A stretch of 64,000 bases of DNA from Methanobacteriota archaeon (GTDB taxonomy: Archaea; Thermoplasmatota; Thermoplasmata; SG8-5; JAGLSY01), in NCBI GenBank assembly GCA_020697715.1, contig JAEHCO010000003.1, positions 160,001 to 224,000 of the forward strand, in the 5' to 3' direction. The position numbers and the translations under genes are program-made. Within the stretch, counting starts at the first letter, position 1, and each line of letters starts with the position of its first letter. Below the pieces are notes generated by a model. The model saw only the letters and a program-made list of their open reading frames with translations. It searched no databases and was not told the origin of the DNA. Positions 10,473-18,629 of the stretch are shown one piece after another.

Positions 10473-11463
10473 AGCACCAGTTAGAATAAGTTTCGGGGGC
10501 GGAGGAACGGACCTGGCCTCTTATTACAAAAAGCACGGAGGAGTCGTGGTCAGCGCGGCCATAAACAAATACTTTTACACAATTCTGGAACTCAGGCAGG
10601 ACGAGCGCATCCAGATAATTTCTTCGGATCTACAGCTCAATCACACCGTGGAGGATTGCTACAGCCTGAAGTACGGCGAAGGACTGGACATACCAGTTGG
10701 TGTGCTGAAGCATATGCATGTCCGCAGAGGCATGAACCTTCTCATGGCATCCGAGATACCACCAGGCACTGGCCTGGGATCCTCGGGAGCAGTTACGGTC
10801 AATATAATCAATACGATCAATCACCTGGAACATCTGAAGATGACCAAGAAAGAGCTGGCGGAGATGGCATACCACATAGAATACAATGAGTTGGGTCTGC
10901 CCATTGGCAAGCAGGATGAATACGCATCTGCTTTTGGAGGACTAAATTTCATCACATTTGACAGGTCTGGCGACACCACGGTCGAGCCACTTCATGTTCC
11001 AAAGGAAGTGCGCATGAGGATGGAGGACGATGTCATGCTCTTCTTCACTGGCAGAACACGCCAATCATCCAAGATATTGAAGAGCCAGGACTCCTCGACC
11101 AAAGAAGATACGGGTGAAGTCGTCGAGCGCCTTCACGAGATAAAAAATATCGCTTTCAAAGTCAAGAAAGCGATAGAGATAGGCGACCTGACCGAGATGG
11201 GTCACCTTCTTGATATGAGCTGGCAGAATAAGAAGAAGCTGGCCAAAGGCATTAGCAATCCTCGTATAAACAAGATATACGAGACAGCTAAGAAAGAAGG
11301 AGCCGTGGGTGGTAAGCTGACCGGCGCAGGCGGCGGAGGATACATGATGCTCTTCTGCCACAAGAAATACCAGCCAGCAGTCAAAAAAGCAATGCATAAG
11401 GAAGGTCTTTCATTACTTGATTTCAAATTCGACCACAAGGGCGCGAAGACCATGCTGGGATAA
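10456..11463 (+). CDS. hddA: GHMP kinase (D-glycero-alpha-D-manno-heptose-7-P kinase-like)
   Basis: RAPVRISFGGGGTD, PPGTGLGSSG, GKQDEYA, GKLTGAGGGG. Confidence 0.85.
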   Translation: MTLVGRAPVRISFGGGGTDLASYYKKHGGVVVSAAINKYFYTILELRQDERIQIISSDLQLNHTVEDCYSLKYGEGLDIPVGVLKHMHVRRGMNLLMASEIPPGTGLGSSGAVTVNIINTINHLEHLKMTKKELAEMAYHIEYNELGLPIGKQDEYASAFGGLNFITFDRSGDTTVEPLHVPKEVRMRMEDDVMLFFTGRTRQSSKILKSQDSSTKEDTGEVVERLHEIKNIAFKVKKAIEIGDLTEMGHLLDMSWQNKKKLAKGISNPRINKIYETAKKEGAVGGKLTGAGGGGYMMLFCHKKYQPAVKKAMHKEGLSLLDFKFDHKGAKTMLG

Positions 11464-11591
11464 ATTATCTATGTCTAGACAATTAATCCATACCGGGATA
11501 GATTATCCTGATACGGATGATCAATCCACGCTGGGATAATCTATATCTAATACAACGATCATGATACATTGGAATAAGGGGACGTGATGAT

Positions 11592-12182
11592 TTGGACGAG
11601 TTCAGAAAAAAATTCATTGATGGCTATTTGAAAGACGTGATAGACTGTCTGGAGGATTACAGGAAGAACCCGGAGTTCTTCGACGAGCTGGCAACCATAT
11701 TTTTGGATGCCAGGAAGCGAGGTAATACTGTCTATTTCATGGGTAATGGGGGAAGCGCGGCAACAGCCAATCATTTTGTCTGCGACCTCGGAAAGGGTAC
11801 GATCGTGGAAGGATATCCAAGGTTCAAGGTTTTATCATTATCGGACAATATCCCGATGATGCTGGCATGGGGAAATGATGCTTGTTATGAGGATATATTC
11901 GTCGAGCAGTTGAAGAACTTGATGAACCCTGGCGATGTAATCGTCGGAATCAGTGGAAGCGGAAACTCTGGCAATGTTCTCAGAGCCATAGAATGGGCGA
12001 ATGAGAATGGCGGAATAACCGTCGGCCTCACAGGTTTTGCAGGTGGCAAACTGAAAGACATGGCCAAGCACGTGCTGGTCGTTCCAATCCACTACATGCA
12101 GAAGATCGAGGACATCCACATGCTGGTCGACCATCTTGTGACCTCGCTCATCAGGGAAGAGGAGATGTCCAACCTTGAATAA
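11592..12182 (+). CDS. gmhA: Phosphoheptose isomerase (SIS domain)
   Basis: GNGGSAA, ND..Y..IF..Q, GISGSGNS.NV, GLTGF.GG.L, IEDIH. Confidence 0.85.
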   Translation: MDEFRKKFIDGYLKDVIDCLEDYRKNPEFFDELATIFLDARKRGNTVYFMGNGGSAATANHFVCDLGKGTIVEGYPRFKVLSLSDNIPMMLAWGNDACYEDIFVEQLKNLMNPGDVIVGISGSGNSGNVLRAIEWANENGGITVGLTGFAGGKLKDMAKHVLVVPIHYMQKIEDIHMLVDHLVTSLIREEEMSNLE

Positions 12183-12675
12183 GGCCGTTTTTTTAGATCG
12201 TGATGGAGTAATCAATCGCCTGAATCTGGGCAAGTACGTGACCAAGTGGGAGCAGTTCGAGTTCCTTGAAGGCGTGCTGGACGCGATCAAGGATCTGGCA
12301 GCTGCCGATCTTAAAATAATTGTTATTACGAATCAATCCGCTATCAACCGAGGATTCATGACCGACTACGAACTGGAAGTGATACATGAGCATATGGTGG
12401 ATGCTATCCAGGAAGCTGGTGGACGTATAGACTCTATCTACCACTGTCCGCATGCGCCTCATGAGGAATGCACCTGCCGGAAGCCGGAGCCTGGGATGTT
12501 CGAGAAGGCGATAGGGGACCATGATGTTGATGTGACCCGATCATGGTTCGTCGGAGACTTCCAGAGCGATGAAGAGGCAGCCGCGAGAGTTGGCCTGAAA
12601 TTCAAGCTGGCCGAGGGCGATGGTGGGTTGAGAAGGGCGGTGGATGAGATCTTGAGGGAAAGTCAATCCCCATAA
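12175..12675 (+). CDS. gmhB: Heptose-1,7-bisphosphate phosphatase (HAD)
   Basis: FLDRDGVIN, TNQS, CPH...CTCRKP.PGM, VGD. Confidence 0.9.
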   Translation: MNKAVFLDRDGVINRLNLGKYVTKWEQFEFLEGVLDAIKDLAAADLKIIVITNQSAINRGFMTDYELEVIHEHMVDAIQEAGGRIDSIYHCPHAPHEECTCRKPEPGMFEKAIGDHDVDVTRSWFVGDFQSDEEAAARVGLKFKLAEGDGGLRRAVDEILRESQSP

Positions 12676-12745
12676 ATGCCCCCTTCATGATTATTTATTG
12701 AATGTACCCACCCACTGGATAGTTATTTTTCTGTGTGACCACGAG

Positions 12746-12753
12746 TTTATATA
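12746..12753 (+). promoter_or_regulatory. Candidate TATA box for the leader-tRNA-gatED transcript
   Basis: TTTATATA about 50 nt upstream of the 12801 hairpin; implies a start near 12775-12780. Confidence 0.45.
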
Positions 12754-12800
12754 TCATAATCATTTTGTGGATTTGACTCAAATAGTCAGTATATCACAAT

Positions 12801-12852
12801 AGCCCCGAAGTGTGAAGACGGAGCCAAGCTCCTTACTTTACACAACAGGGCT
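12801..12852 (+). ncRNA. Long interrupted hairpin with tRNA-Gln-like acceptor stem and CAA apical loop
   Basis: AGCCCCG/CAGGGCT (one mismatch), GTGTGAAG/CTTTACAC, GGAGC-CAA-GCTCC. Confidence 0.55.
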
Positions 12853-12876
12853 TCTGTAAATAAAACAAATCAATAC

Positions 12877-12950
12877 AGCCCCGTTGTGTAACGGTAGCAC
12901 GGGAGGTCTTGCACCTCCAGGCATCAGTTCGATTCTGATCGGGGCAACCA
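12877..12950 (+). tRNA. Non-canonical tRNA-Gln(UUG)-like gene with encoded CCA
   Basis: Full cloverleaf: AGCCCCG/CGGGGCA, D arm GTGT-AACGGTA-GCAC, anticodon arm GGAGG-TCTTGCA-CCTCC, T arm ATCAG-TTCGATT-CTGAT, A73, CCA. Deviations: A1.A72 mismatch, C33, C37. Confidence 0.8.
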
Positions 12951-12975
12951 TACCTATTAGCAAAAAGTGAGAAAA

Positions 12976-14796
12976 ATGATAGACCCCGAGAAAATCGACT
13001 ACAGGAAACTGGGCTTCAAGGCGGGCCTCGAGATACACCATCAGCTCAAGTCCTCCCGGAAGTTATTCTGCCACTGTCCAGCCGAGTTGTCGGCCGACCT
13101 GCAGAAGAACCCGGATTTTACATTCCACAGGCGCTTCAGGGCCGTGATGGGCGAGATGGGGGACTTCGACCCCGGTATGCTGGTCGAAGTTGAAAAGGGC
13201 TATCTGGTCATCTACCATGCGAATGACGCCCATGTGTGCACTTACGAGATGGACGATACTCCTCCATTCTGGCTGGACATGGAATCCGTGGATACTGGTT
13301 ATAAGCTGGCCAGTCTTTTCAATTGCGAGTCGCCAGCCGAGGAAGTTGTCATAAATCGAAAGCAGTACTTGGACGGTTCGATAACCACTGGTTTCCAGCG
13401 TACGATGATAATCGCCAGGGACGGTCATGTGAAGCTTGCCAGTGGCAAGAAGATCACTATCACGAATATCCTTATCGAAGAAGACTCGGCCAGGAAGATC
13501 AAGGCCGAGGATCGCGGTCGAACAGTCTATTACAATCTGGATAGGCTGGGTGTTCCACTTACAGAAATTATAACAGATCACAATGAGATCGACACGCCCG
13601 AGCTTTTAATTGAGGCCATAAAGATGATCGGTATCAATCTCAGATTAACGGGACTGGGTCGTCGCGGTATCGGTGTCGGCAGACAGGATGTGAATATCTC
13701 GATCGATGGTGGTGACAGAGTGGAGTTAAAGGGAGTTCAGGATCTTTCTTTATTGACAAAGTTCTGCGCCCACGAGGTTTGCAGACAGCACGCGCTCATC
13801 GATATTCAATCTAAATTAGCCAGCTTGAATCTGAAGAAGGAAGACTTCGAGCATAATTACATAGATATTACTCATTTATTCAATGATCTGGGTGAGGGAG
13901 AATCAGCCTTCGCGGTCAGGCTGCCCGGTTTTGAGAATATCCTCAAAACCGAAGTCCAGCCAGGCAAGGACTTTGGATATGAGATATTCGAGAAATGCAA
14001 TTTAATTACTGGCATCCTGTACGACGAAATGTTCCATTCGGGCGAGATGAGTCCGGGATCCATTCGCATGATGAACAGGTCGGATGATCTTTTCATCAAT
14101 AAGGGACAGGATGGCGAAATTCGAGCCATCCTGAAACTCGCACCAGGAGATGGATACGTAGCTGCCAGGGGTAGTGAGAAACCAGTTCTCCATACCCTGA
14201 AGAAGACAGTGGAGAGATGCAAGCAGGCCTTTGATGGCGTGCCCCAGGAGACAAGGCGAGTGTTGCCAGATGGTAATAACGAGTTCCTGCGCGTGATCCA
14301 TGGAAAAGGCCGTCTTTACCCGGATACGGACACTCCGCCAGCCCCCTATTCGATGGAGAAATTCCACGCGATAAAGGAAAAGGGCTGGACAAGACCACTT
14401 GACCTTCTCCAGAAATATGAGGAGAAGGGATTGAAATTGCCAATGCTGGAACTTATTATCCGCGATCAGAAGGTTCCATTGTTCCAGAAGTTGGTGGACG
14501 AGGCCAAGGTTCCAGTCTCTCTGGCTATTCGATTGACTGTGGAAATTCCCCGGTGGCTGAGGAGGAAAGGTCATGATTCGGAGATAATCAGCCAATTCAC
14601 AATGATCAGTATTGCTGGCAATGTCATGTCAGGAAAGCTACAGACAAAACACCTGCGCCCGATGATGAAGGAAATATGCATGGCTCCCAAGGAGAACCAG
14701 AGTTCGATAGTGACCAAATGGGTGGATCAGAACAATAAAAAGGATGAAGCGGGCGATGTAAGGGACAAATGGCCAGATGATGCGAGGTGTGTTTGA
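12976..14796 (+). CDS. gatE: Glu-tRNA(Gln) amidotransferase subunit E (divergent)
   Basis: GLEIHHQL..RKLFCHCP, RKQYLDGSITTGFQRT, EEDSAR, LDRLGVPLTEI, RRGIGVGRQDVNISI.GG.RVELKGV, VPQETR, RLYPDTDTPP. Confidence 0.9.
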   Translation: MIDPEKIDYRKLGFKAGLEIHHQLKSSRKLFCHCPAELSADLQKNPDFTFHRRFRAVMGEMGDFDPGMLVEVEKGYLVIYHANDAHVCTYEMDDTPPFWLDMESVDTGYKLASLFNCESPAEEVVINRKQYLDGSITTGFQRTMIIARDGHVKLASGKKITITNILIEEDSARKIKAEDRGRTVYYNLDRLGVPLTEIITDHNEIDTPELLIEAIKMIGINLRLTGLGRRGIGVGRQDVNISIDGGDRVELKGVQDLSLLTKFCAHEVCRQHALIDIQSKLASLNLKKEDFEHNYIDITHLFNDLGEGESAFAVRLPGFENILKTEVQPGKDFGYEIFEKCNLITGILYDEMFHSGEMSPGSIRMMNRSDDLFINKGQDGEIRAILKLAPGDGYVAARGSEKPVLHTLKKTVERCKQAFDGVPQETRRVLPDGNNEFLRVIHGKGRLYPDTDTPPAPYSMEKFHAIKEKGWTRPLDLLQKYEEKGLKLPMLELIIRDQKVPLFQKLVDEAKVPVSLAIRLTVEIPRWLRRKGHDSEIISQFTMISIAGNVMSGKLQTKHLRPMMKEICMAPKENQSSIVTKWVDQNNKKDEAGDVRDKWPDDARCV

Positions 14797-14855
14797 ATGA
14801 AGTCGCCATTGCTCCTCATTCAACTCGAAACCTCCAAAATTATGGAGGTTTCCCA
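14794..14855 (+). promoter_or_regulatory. Two-hairpin intercistronic element sequestering the Shine-Dalgarno sequence, copy 1
   Basis: TGAATGA...TCATTCA stem starting at the gatE stop, then AAACCTCCA-AAATTA-TGGAGGTTT; a second copy lies at 31865-31929. Confidence 0.75.
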
Positions 14856-16259
14856 ATGAGTGAAGAATACCAACCACCAGATGGTTACAGAGGTCCTCTT
14901 CTTGAGCGATTGGTCGAGGCCAAGATACGCACGTGGTCAGTGATCCAGGTGAATAAGACTGACGGATCACATTATGAGGGTGTGCTTCTGCCACGTTCCA
15001 TCCACACTTCTGATGATTATCTTTCCATCAAGGTGGACACTGGCTATAATATTGGCATCCAGCTTCCCGATGATGCCACAATAAAAGAGGTCGGCTACAA
15101 TGCGGGATCGTATCAAATTCCTGAGAAGATAGTGGAGAAGACAGCTGGACTTCCAAATGTCACGCTACTGGGCACAGGAGGAACAGTGGCCAGTCGTCTT
15201 GATTATCGAACTGGAGCCGTACTACCAGCCTTCACCCCATCCGAGCTTTTCTCCGCAGTTCCCGAGCTCATCGACATATGCAATTTAACTCCAAAGACCC
15301 TTTACCAGATACTTTCAGAGAACTTCTGCCCCGAATACTGGATAAAAACAGCTGAGGCAGTGGCCAAGGAGATCGAGGGCGGAGCAGATGGTGTGATAAT
15401 CGGTCATGGCACCGACACAATGAGCTATTCTGGCTCGGCACTTTCATACATGTTCCAGGACCTTCCAGTTCCAGTGGTCATCGTGGGCTCGCAGAGAAGC
15501 AGTGACCGCCCATCCAGTGATGGGCCCATAAACATGATGAACGCCACCACACTGGCCGCCTATGGTGATTTGGCAGAAGTGGTCGTCGTCATGCACGGGA
15601 CGACGAGCGACAATTACGACCTCATCCACAGAGCGACAAGGGTGCGCAAGATGCACAGTGCGCGGAGAGATACATTCCGCACTGTCAGTGATACCCCATT
15701 GGGCCAGATCAAGGATAAGGAGATCAAATACTTCAAGGACGATATCAGACGCCGCAGCCCGAAAGAGGACTTCCATCTGAACACCAAGATGGACGAGCGC
15801 GTGACCATGTTGTATTTCTACCCTGGCATGGAACCGGATGTCATGCACGCGGTCATCGACAAAGGCTATCATGGAATTGTCATGATCGGCACCGGATTGG
15901 GACATGTTGGCAAGCCCATGTATGAGGCTCTGGACAGAGCGCAGGAAGAAGAAATTCCTGTGGTCATTGTCGTCCAGCCAATGTTCGGCTTCTCACATCT
16001 TAGGGTTTACGAAACGGGCCGTGACATGCTTGCCCGTGGAGTGATAGAGGGCAAGAACATGCTTCCCGAGGCAGCACTTCCAAAACTCATGTGGGCGCTT
16101 GGCCAGACACAGGATGTGAAGGAAGTGGAAAAGATCATGCACACCAATCTCGCGGGCGAGATCACACAAAGAGAGCCATACAGTGGATTCCCAATATTCC
16201 AGGGTGGCGTTCCGAACTTCTATGATAATTATCGGAATGTCGATAGGCTGGAGAAGTAA
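14856..16259 (+). CDS. gatD: Glu-tRNA(Gln) amidotransferase subunit D
   Basis: N-terminal KVDTGYNIG domain, GTGGTVASRLDYRTGAV, HGTDTM, GSQRSSDRPSSD, RVRKMHS. Start placed at ATG 14856 after GGAGG. Confidence 0.93.
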   Translation: MSEEYQPPDGYRGPLLERLVEAKIRTWSVIQVNKTDGSHYEGVLLPRSIHTSDDYLSIKVDTGYNIGIQLPDDATIKEVGYNAGSYQIPEKIVEKTAGLPNVTLLGTGGTVASRLDYRTGAVLPAFTPSELFSAVPELIDICNLTPKTLYQILSENFCPEYWIKTAEAVAKEIEGGADGVIIGHGTDTMSYSGSALSYMFQDLPVPVVIVGSQRSSDRPSSDGPINMMNATTLAAYGDLAEVVVVMHGTTSDNYDLIHRATRVRKMHSARRDTFRTVSDTPLGQIKDKEIKYFKDDIRRRSPKEDFHLNTKMDERVTMLYFYPGMEPDVMHAVIDKGYHGIVMIGTGLGHVGKPMYEALDRAQEEEIPVVIVVQPMFGFSHLRVYETGRDMLARGVIEGKNMLPEAALPKLMWALGQTQDVKEVEKIMHTNLAGEITQREPYSGFPIFQGGVPNFYDNYRNVDRLEK

Positions 16260-16530
16260 AAATCACTTATTTAGGTCATTCATTATATCGAATTTATTTG
16301 TTGATCAATCATTCAGATATGATTTTGGTAGGGCCTGATATCGATTGAATATTTTAATTTATTATATTTATTCATATACCCTAAATAGCTATAATAAAAG
16401 CAAACCTTGATAAAGGAGGTCTCATATCGGGAAGCGCGCACACCCGTGCGCATATCAATCGCATAGTGATGTGTGTAATACGCGCATACTGTCGCGACCA
16501 TTACACATTAGAGAGAGAGGAGGATCATAA

Positions 16531-17598
16531 ATGATGGATCTCTATGAGCTCGTTGAAAGTATCGTCGTCATGCTAATTGGCTGGATCGACCAGTGGGTCC
16601 CAGATCAATTAGACTTTCTGATATCGCCTACTAGCATACATGCTTACGTGGTATTGGGAATGGCCGCCGTGATACTGGTGATATGTCTTTTGAATGTCGT
16701 CGTAATGATATGGATAGAACGTAAGTTCATCGCCAGGTTGATGGATCGCCGAGGTCCAACAGAAGTTGGTTTCATGGGTTTCCTTCAGAATGTCGCTGAT
16801 GGTCTGAAGCTCTTTCTCAAAGAGGTCATCACCCCACAGGGTGTCGATCGCTGGGTGTATGTCATGGCTCTCGTGCTGTACATCGGTTCCTCCATCACCG
16901 TATTAGCCCTTGTCCCAATGAGTGACAGGTTCTTCATGGCAAATGTAGAAGGCGGACTTTTCATGATATTCGCCATATTCACCCTGGCTCCCTTTTTCAT
17001 ATTCATAGCTGGCTGGTCGCAGAATAACAAATACTCCTTGATCGGGGGAATGCGTTCAGCCGCCCAGATGATCAGTTACGAAATACCACTTATGCTATCA
17101 GTTATAGGTGTGATATTGATGGCTGGCTCCCTGAGCATATCCGCGATAGTCAATGCCCAGAGCAGTATCTGGTTCATCATTCCTTCATTCATAGGATTCT
17201 TTGTTTTCATAATTGGTGTACTGGCTGAAGTCGAAAGAATTCCTTTCGATCTTCCAGAGGCAGAAGCCGAGTTGGTCGAGGGATGGACCACGGAATACGG
17301 TAGTATCAGGTTCGGCCTGATAATGTTCGTTTCCTATCTTCGTGGCTATGTCGGTTGTGCACTGGCGGTCTTCCTCTTCTTCGGAGGATGGCTTGGACCC
17401 TTCACCGCTTACATGCCACCAGAGGCCTGGTTCCTCATCAAGGTCTATATCCTTTTCATGATCTTGGTCTGGCTTAGAGCCTCCGCACCAAGGATAAGGA
17501 TAGATCAGCTTATCCAGATTGGCTGGAAGAGGTTATTGCCTTTGGCCATGCTCAATATAGTGATCGCAGTTATATTTACAACAATGGGGTGGATTTAG
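16531..17598 (+). CDS. nuoH: Complex I-like subunit H
   Basis: ERKFIAR..DRRGP, ADGLKLFLKE, NNKYSLIGGMRSAAQMISYEIP, RIPFDLPEAEAELVEG. Confidence 0.96.
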   Translation: MMDLYELVESIVVMLIGWIDQWVPDQLDFLISPTSIHAYVVLGMAAVILVICLLNVVVMIWIERKFIARLMDRRGPTEVGFMGFLQNVADGLKLFLKEVITPQGVDRWVYVMALVLYIGSSITVLALVPMSDRFFMANVEGGLFMIFAIFTLAPFFIFIAGWSQNNKYSLIGGMRSAAQMISYEIPLMLSVIGVILMAGSLSISAIVNAQSSIWFIIPSFIGFFVFIIGVLAEVERIPFDLPEAEAELVEGWTTEYGSIRFGLIMFVSYLRGYVGCALAVFLFFGGWLGPFTAYMPPEAWFLIKVYILFMILVWLRASAPRIRIDQLIQIGWKRLLPLAMLNIVIAVIFTTMGWI

Positions 17599-18360
17599 AT
17601 GGCTGATATCAAAATAAGAACATCATCCGATAGGCCTGATACCCGAGATCCAGGATTTACCACTGGTGCATCTGGATTCGTCAAGCTTGTCGTTAAGCCA
17701 ATGGGAGTTTCCATGAAGCAATTCCTAAGGAGCTTGAAGCGCCCAACTACCTTGATGTATCCGAGGGAAAGACCGGATGGTCAGGTGGAGCTGAAACCCG
17801 AGAACAGGTTCGGTGTCGAAGGGTGCTGGGAATTCTTTAGAGGATGTCATGGTCTGGATGAAAACCTATGTGTGAGCTGTGGGCTCTGTGAAAGGATATG
17901 CCCCAATAATTGCATCACACTGGTCGAATATGAGGGCAGGAAGCTTCCGCAAGTGGATCAGAGTCGATGTATGTTCTGCACTCTGTGTGTGGAGATATGT
18001 CCGAAAGACGCACTTGGTATGACCCATGATTTTGATATTTCCGGATTCACCAGGGAAGAACTTCTTTCCACGGTTGCGGACCTGATAGCCAGGAAAGATA
18101 GGATGGCGAGGCCAGCTCTACCTGCCAAGGTCATAGCATTCCCTGTTATCGATCTGGAAGGCTGTATTGGCTGTGCCAAATGTGCGAAGGAATGTCCACC
18201 TGGGGCTCTGGAAATGTATGAGCCAGCAGATCAGGTCGTTCCAGAAGGCAAGAAGCCGAAGAAGAAACCAAAGCTCAATCGTGAGATATGTGTTTCATGT
18301 GGCATCTGTGAGTCACAGTGTCCAAAAGATGTTATAGATATGAAGGAGGTAAATCCATGA
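17599..18360 (+). CDS. nuoI: Complex I-like subunit I with extra C-terminal 2[4Fe-4S] domain
   Basis: TLMYP...FRG.H; four CxxCxxCxxxCP motifs; Lys-rich KKPKKKPK insert. Confidence 0.88.
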   Translation: MADIKIRTSSDRPDTRDPGFTTGASGFVKLVVKPMGVSMKQFLRSLKRPTTLMYPRERPDGQVELKPENRFGVEGCWEFFRGCHGLDENLCVSCGLCERICPNNCITLVEYEGRKLPQVDQSRCMFCTLCVEICPKDALGMTHDFDISGFTREELLSTVADLIARKDRMARPALPAKVIAFPVIDLEGCIGCAKCAKECPPGALEMYEPADQVVPEGKKPKKKPKLNREICVSCGICESQCPKDVIDMKEVNP

Positions 18361-18629
18361 TAGATTTTGAACAGTTGGCATTCTTTTCAATAAGTGCCAT
18401 GATACTTGTATCGGCGATACAGGTGCTGCGATGTAATGAGATTATACACAGTGTCATGTGGCTTGGCCTATCCTTCATAGGCATAGCGGGCATATTCATT
18501 CTCCTGAATGCGGAGTATTTGGCGATAGTACAGATATTAGTATATGCAGGAGCAATAACAATTCTGATACTCTTTGCGGTCATGCTTACAAGGCGTCAGA
18601 TAATGGATCAAAAGGGGGGTGAAAAATGA
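18357..18629 (+). CDS. nuoJ: Complex I-like subunit J, N-terminal half
   Basis: HSVMWL...LNAEYLAIVQILVYAGAI.IL.LFAVML. Confidence 0.9.
   Translation: MIDFEQLAFFSISAMILVSAIQVLRCNEIIHSVMWLGLSFIGIAGIFILLNAEYLAIVQILVYAGAITILILFAVMLTRRQIMDQKGGEK

Noticed and set aside
12801-12852. Hairpin as a SECIS element
   Set aside because: There is no selenoprotein candidate nearby and the match to the archaeal GAA/A internal-loop pattern is poor.
12902-12918. Reading the tRNA as Ala(UGC) or Cys(GCA)
   Set aside because: Stem pairing centers UUG in a 7-nt loop, there is no G3-U70, and the acceptor stem and gatDE context favor Gln.
17596-17601. nuoH TAG abuts nuoI ATG in frame; the same occurs for hdrC TGA/hdrB ATG at 26541-26546 and octaheme TAA/cytochrome b ATG at 39420-39425. 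Possible Pyl/Sec readthrough fusions.
   Set aside because: Each downstream ATG has its own SD-like sequence, three different stop codons are involved, and no pyl or sel genes are present. Ordinary tight coupling explains it.
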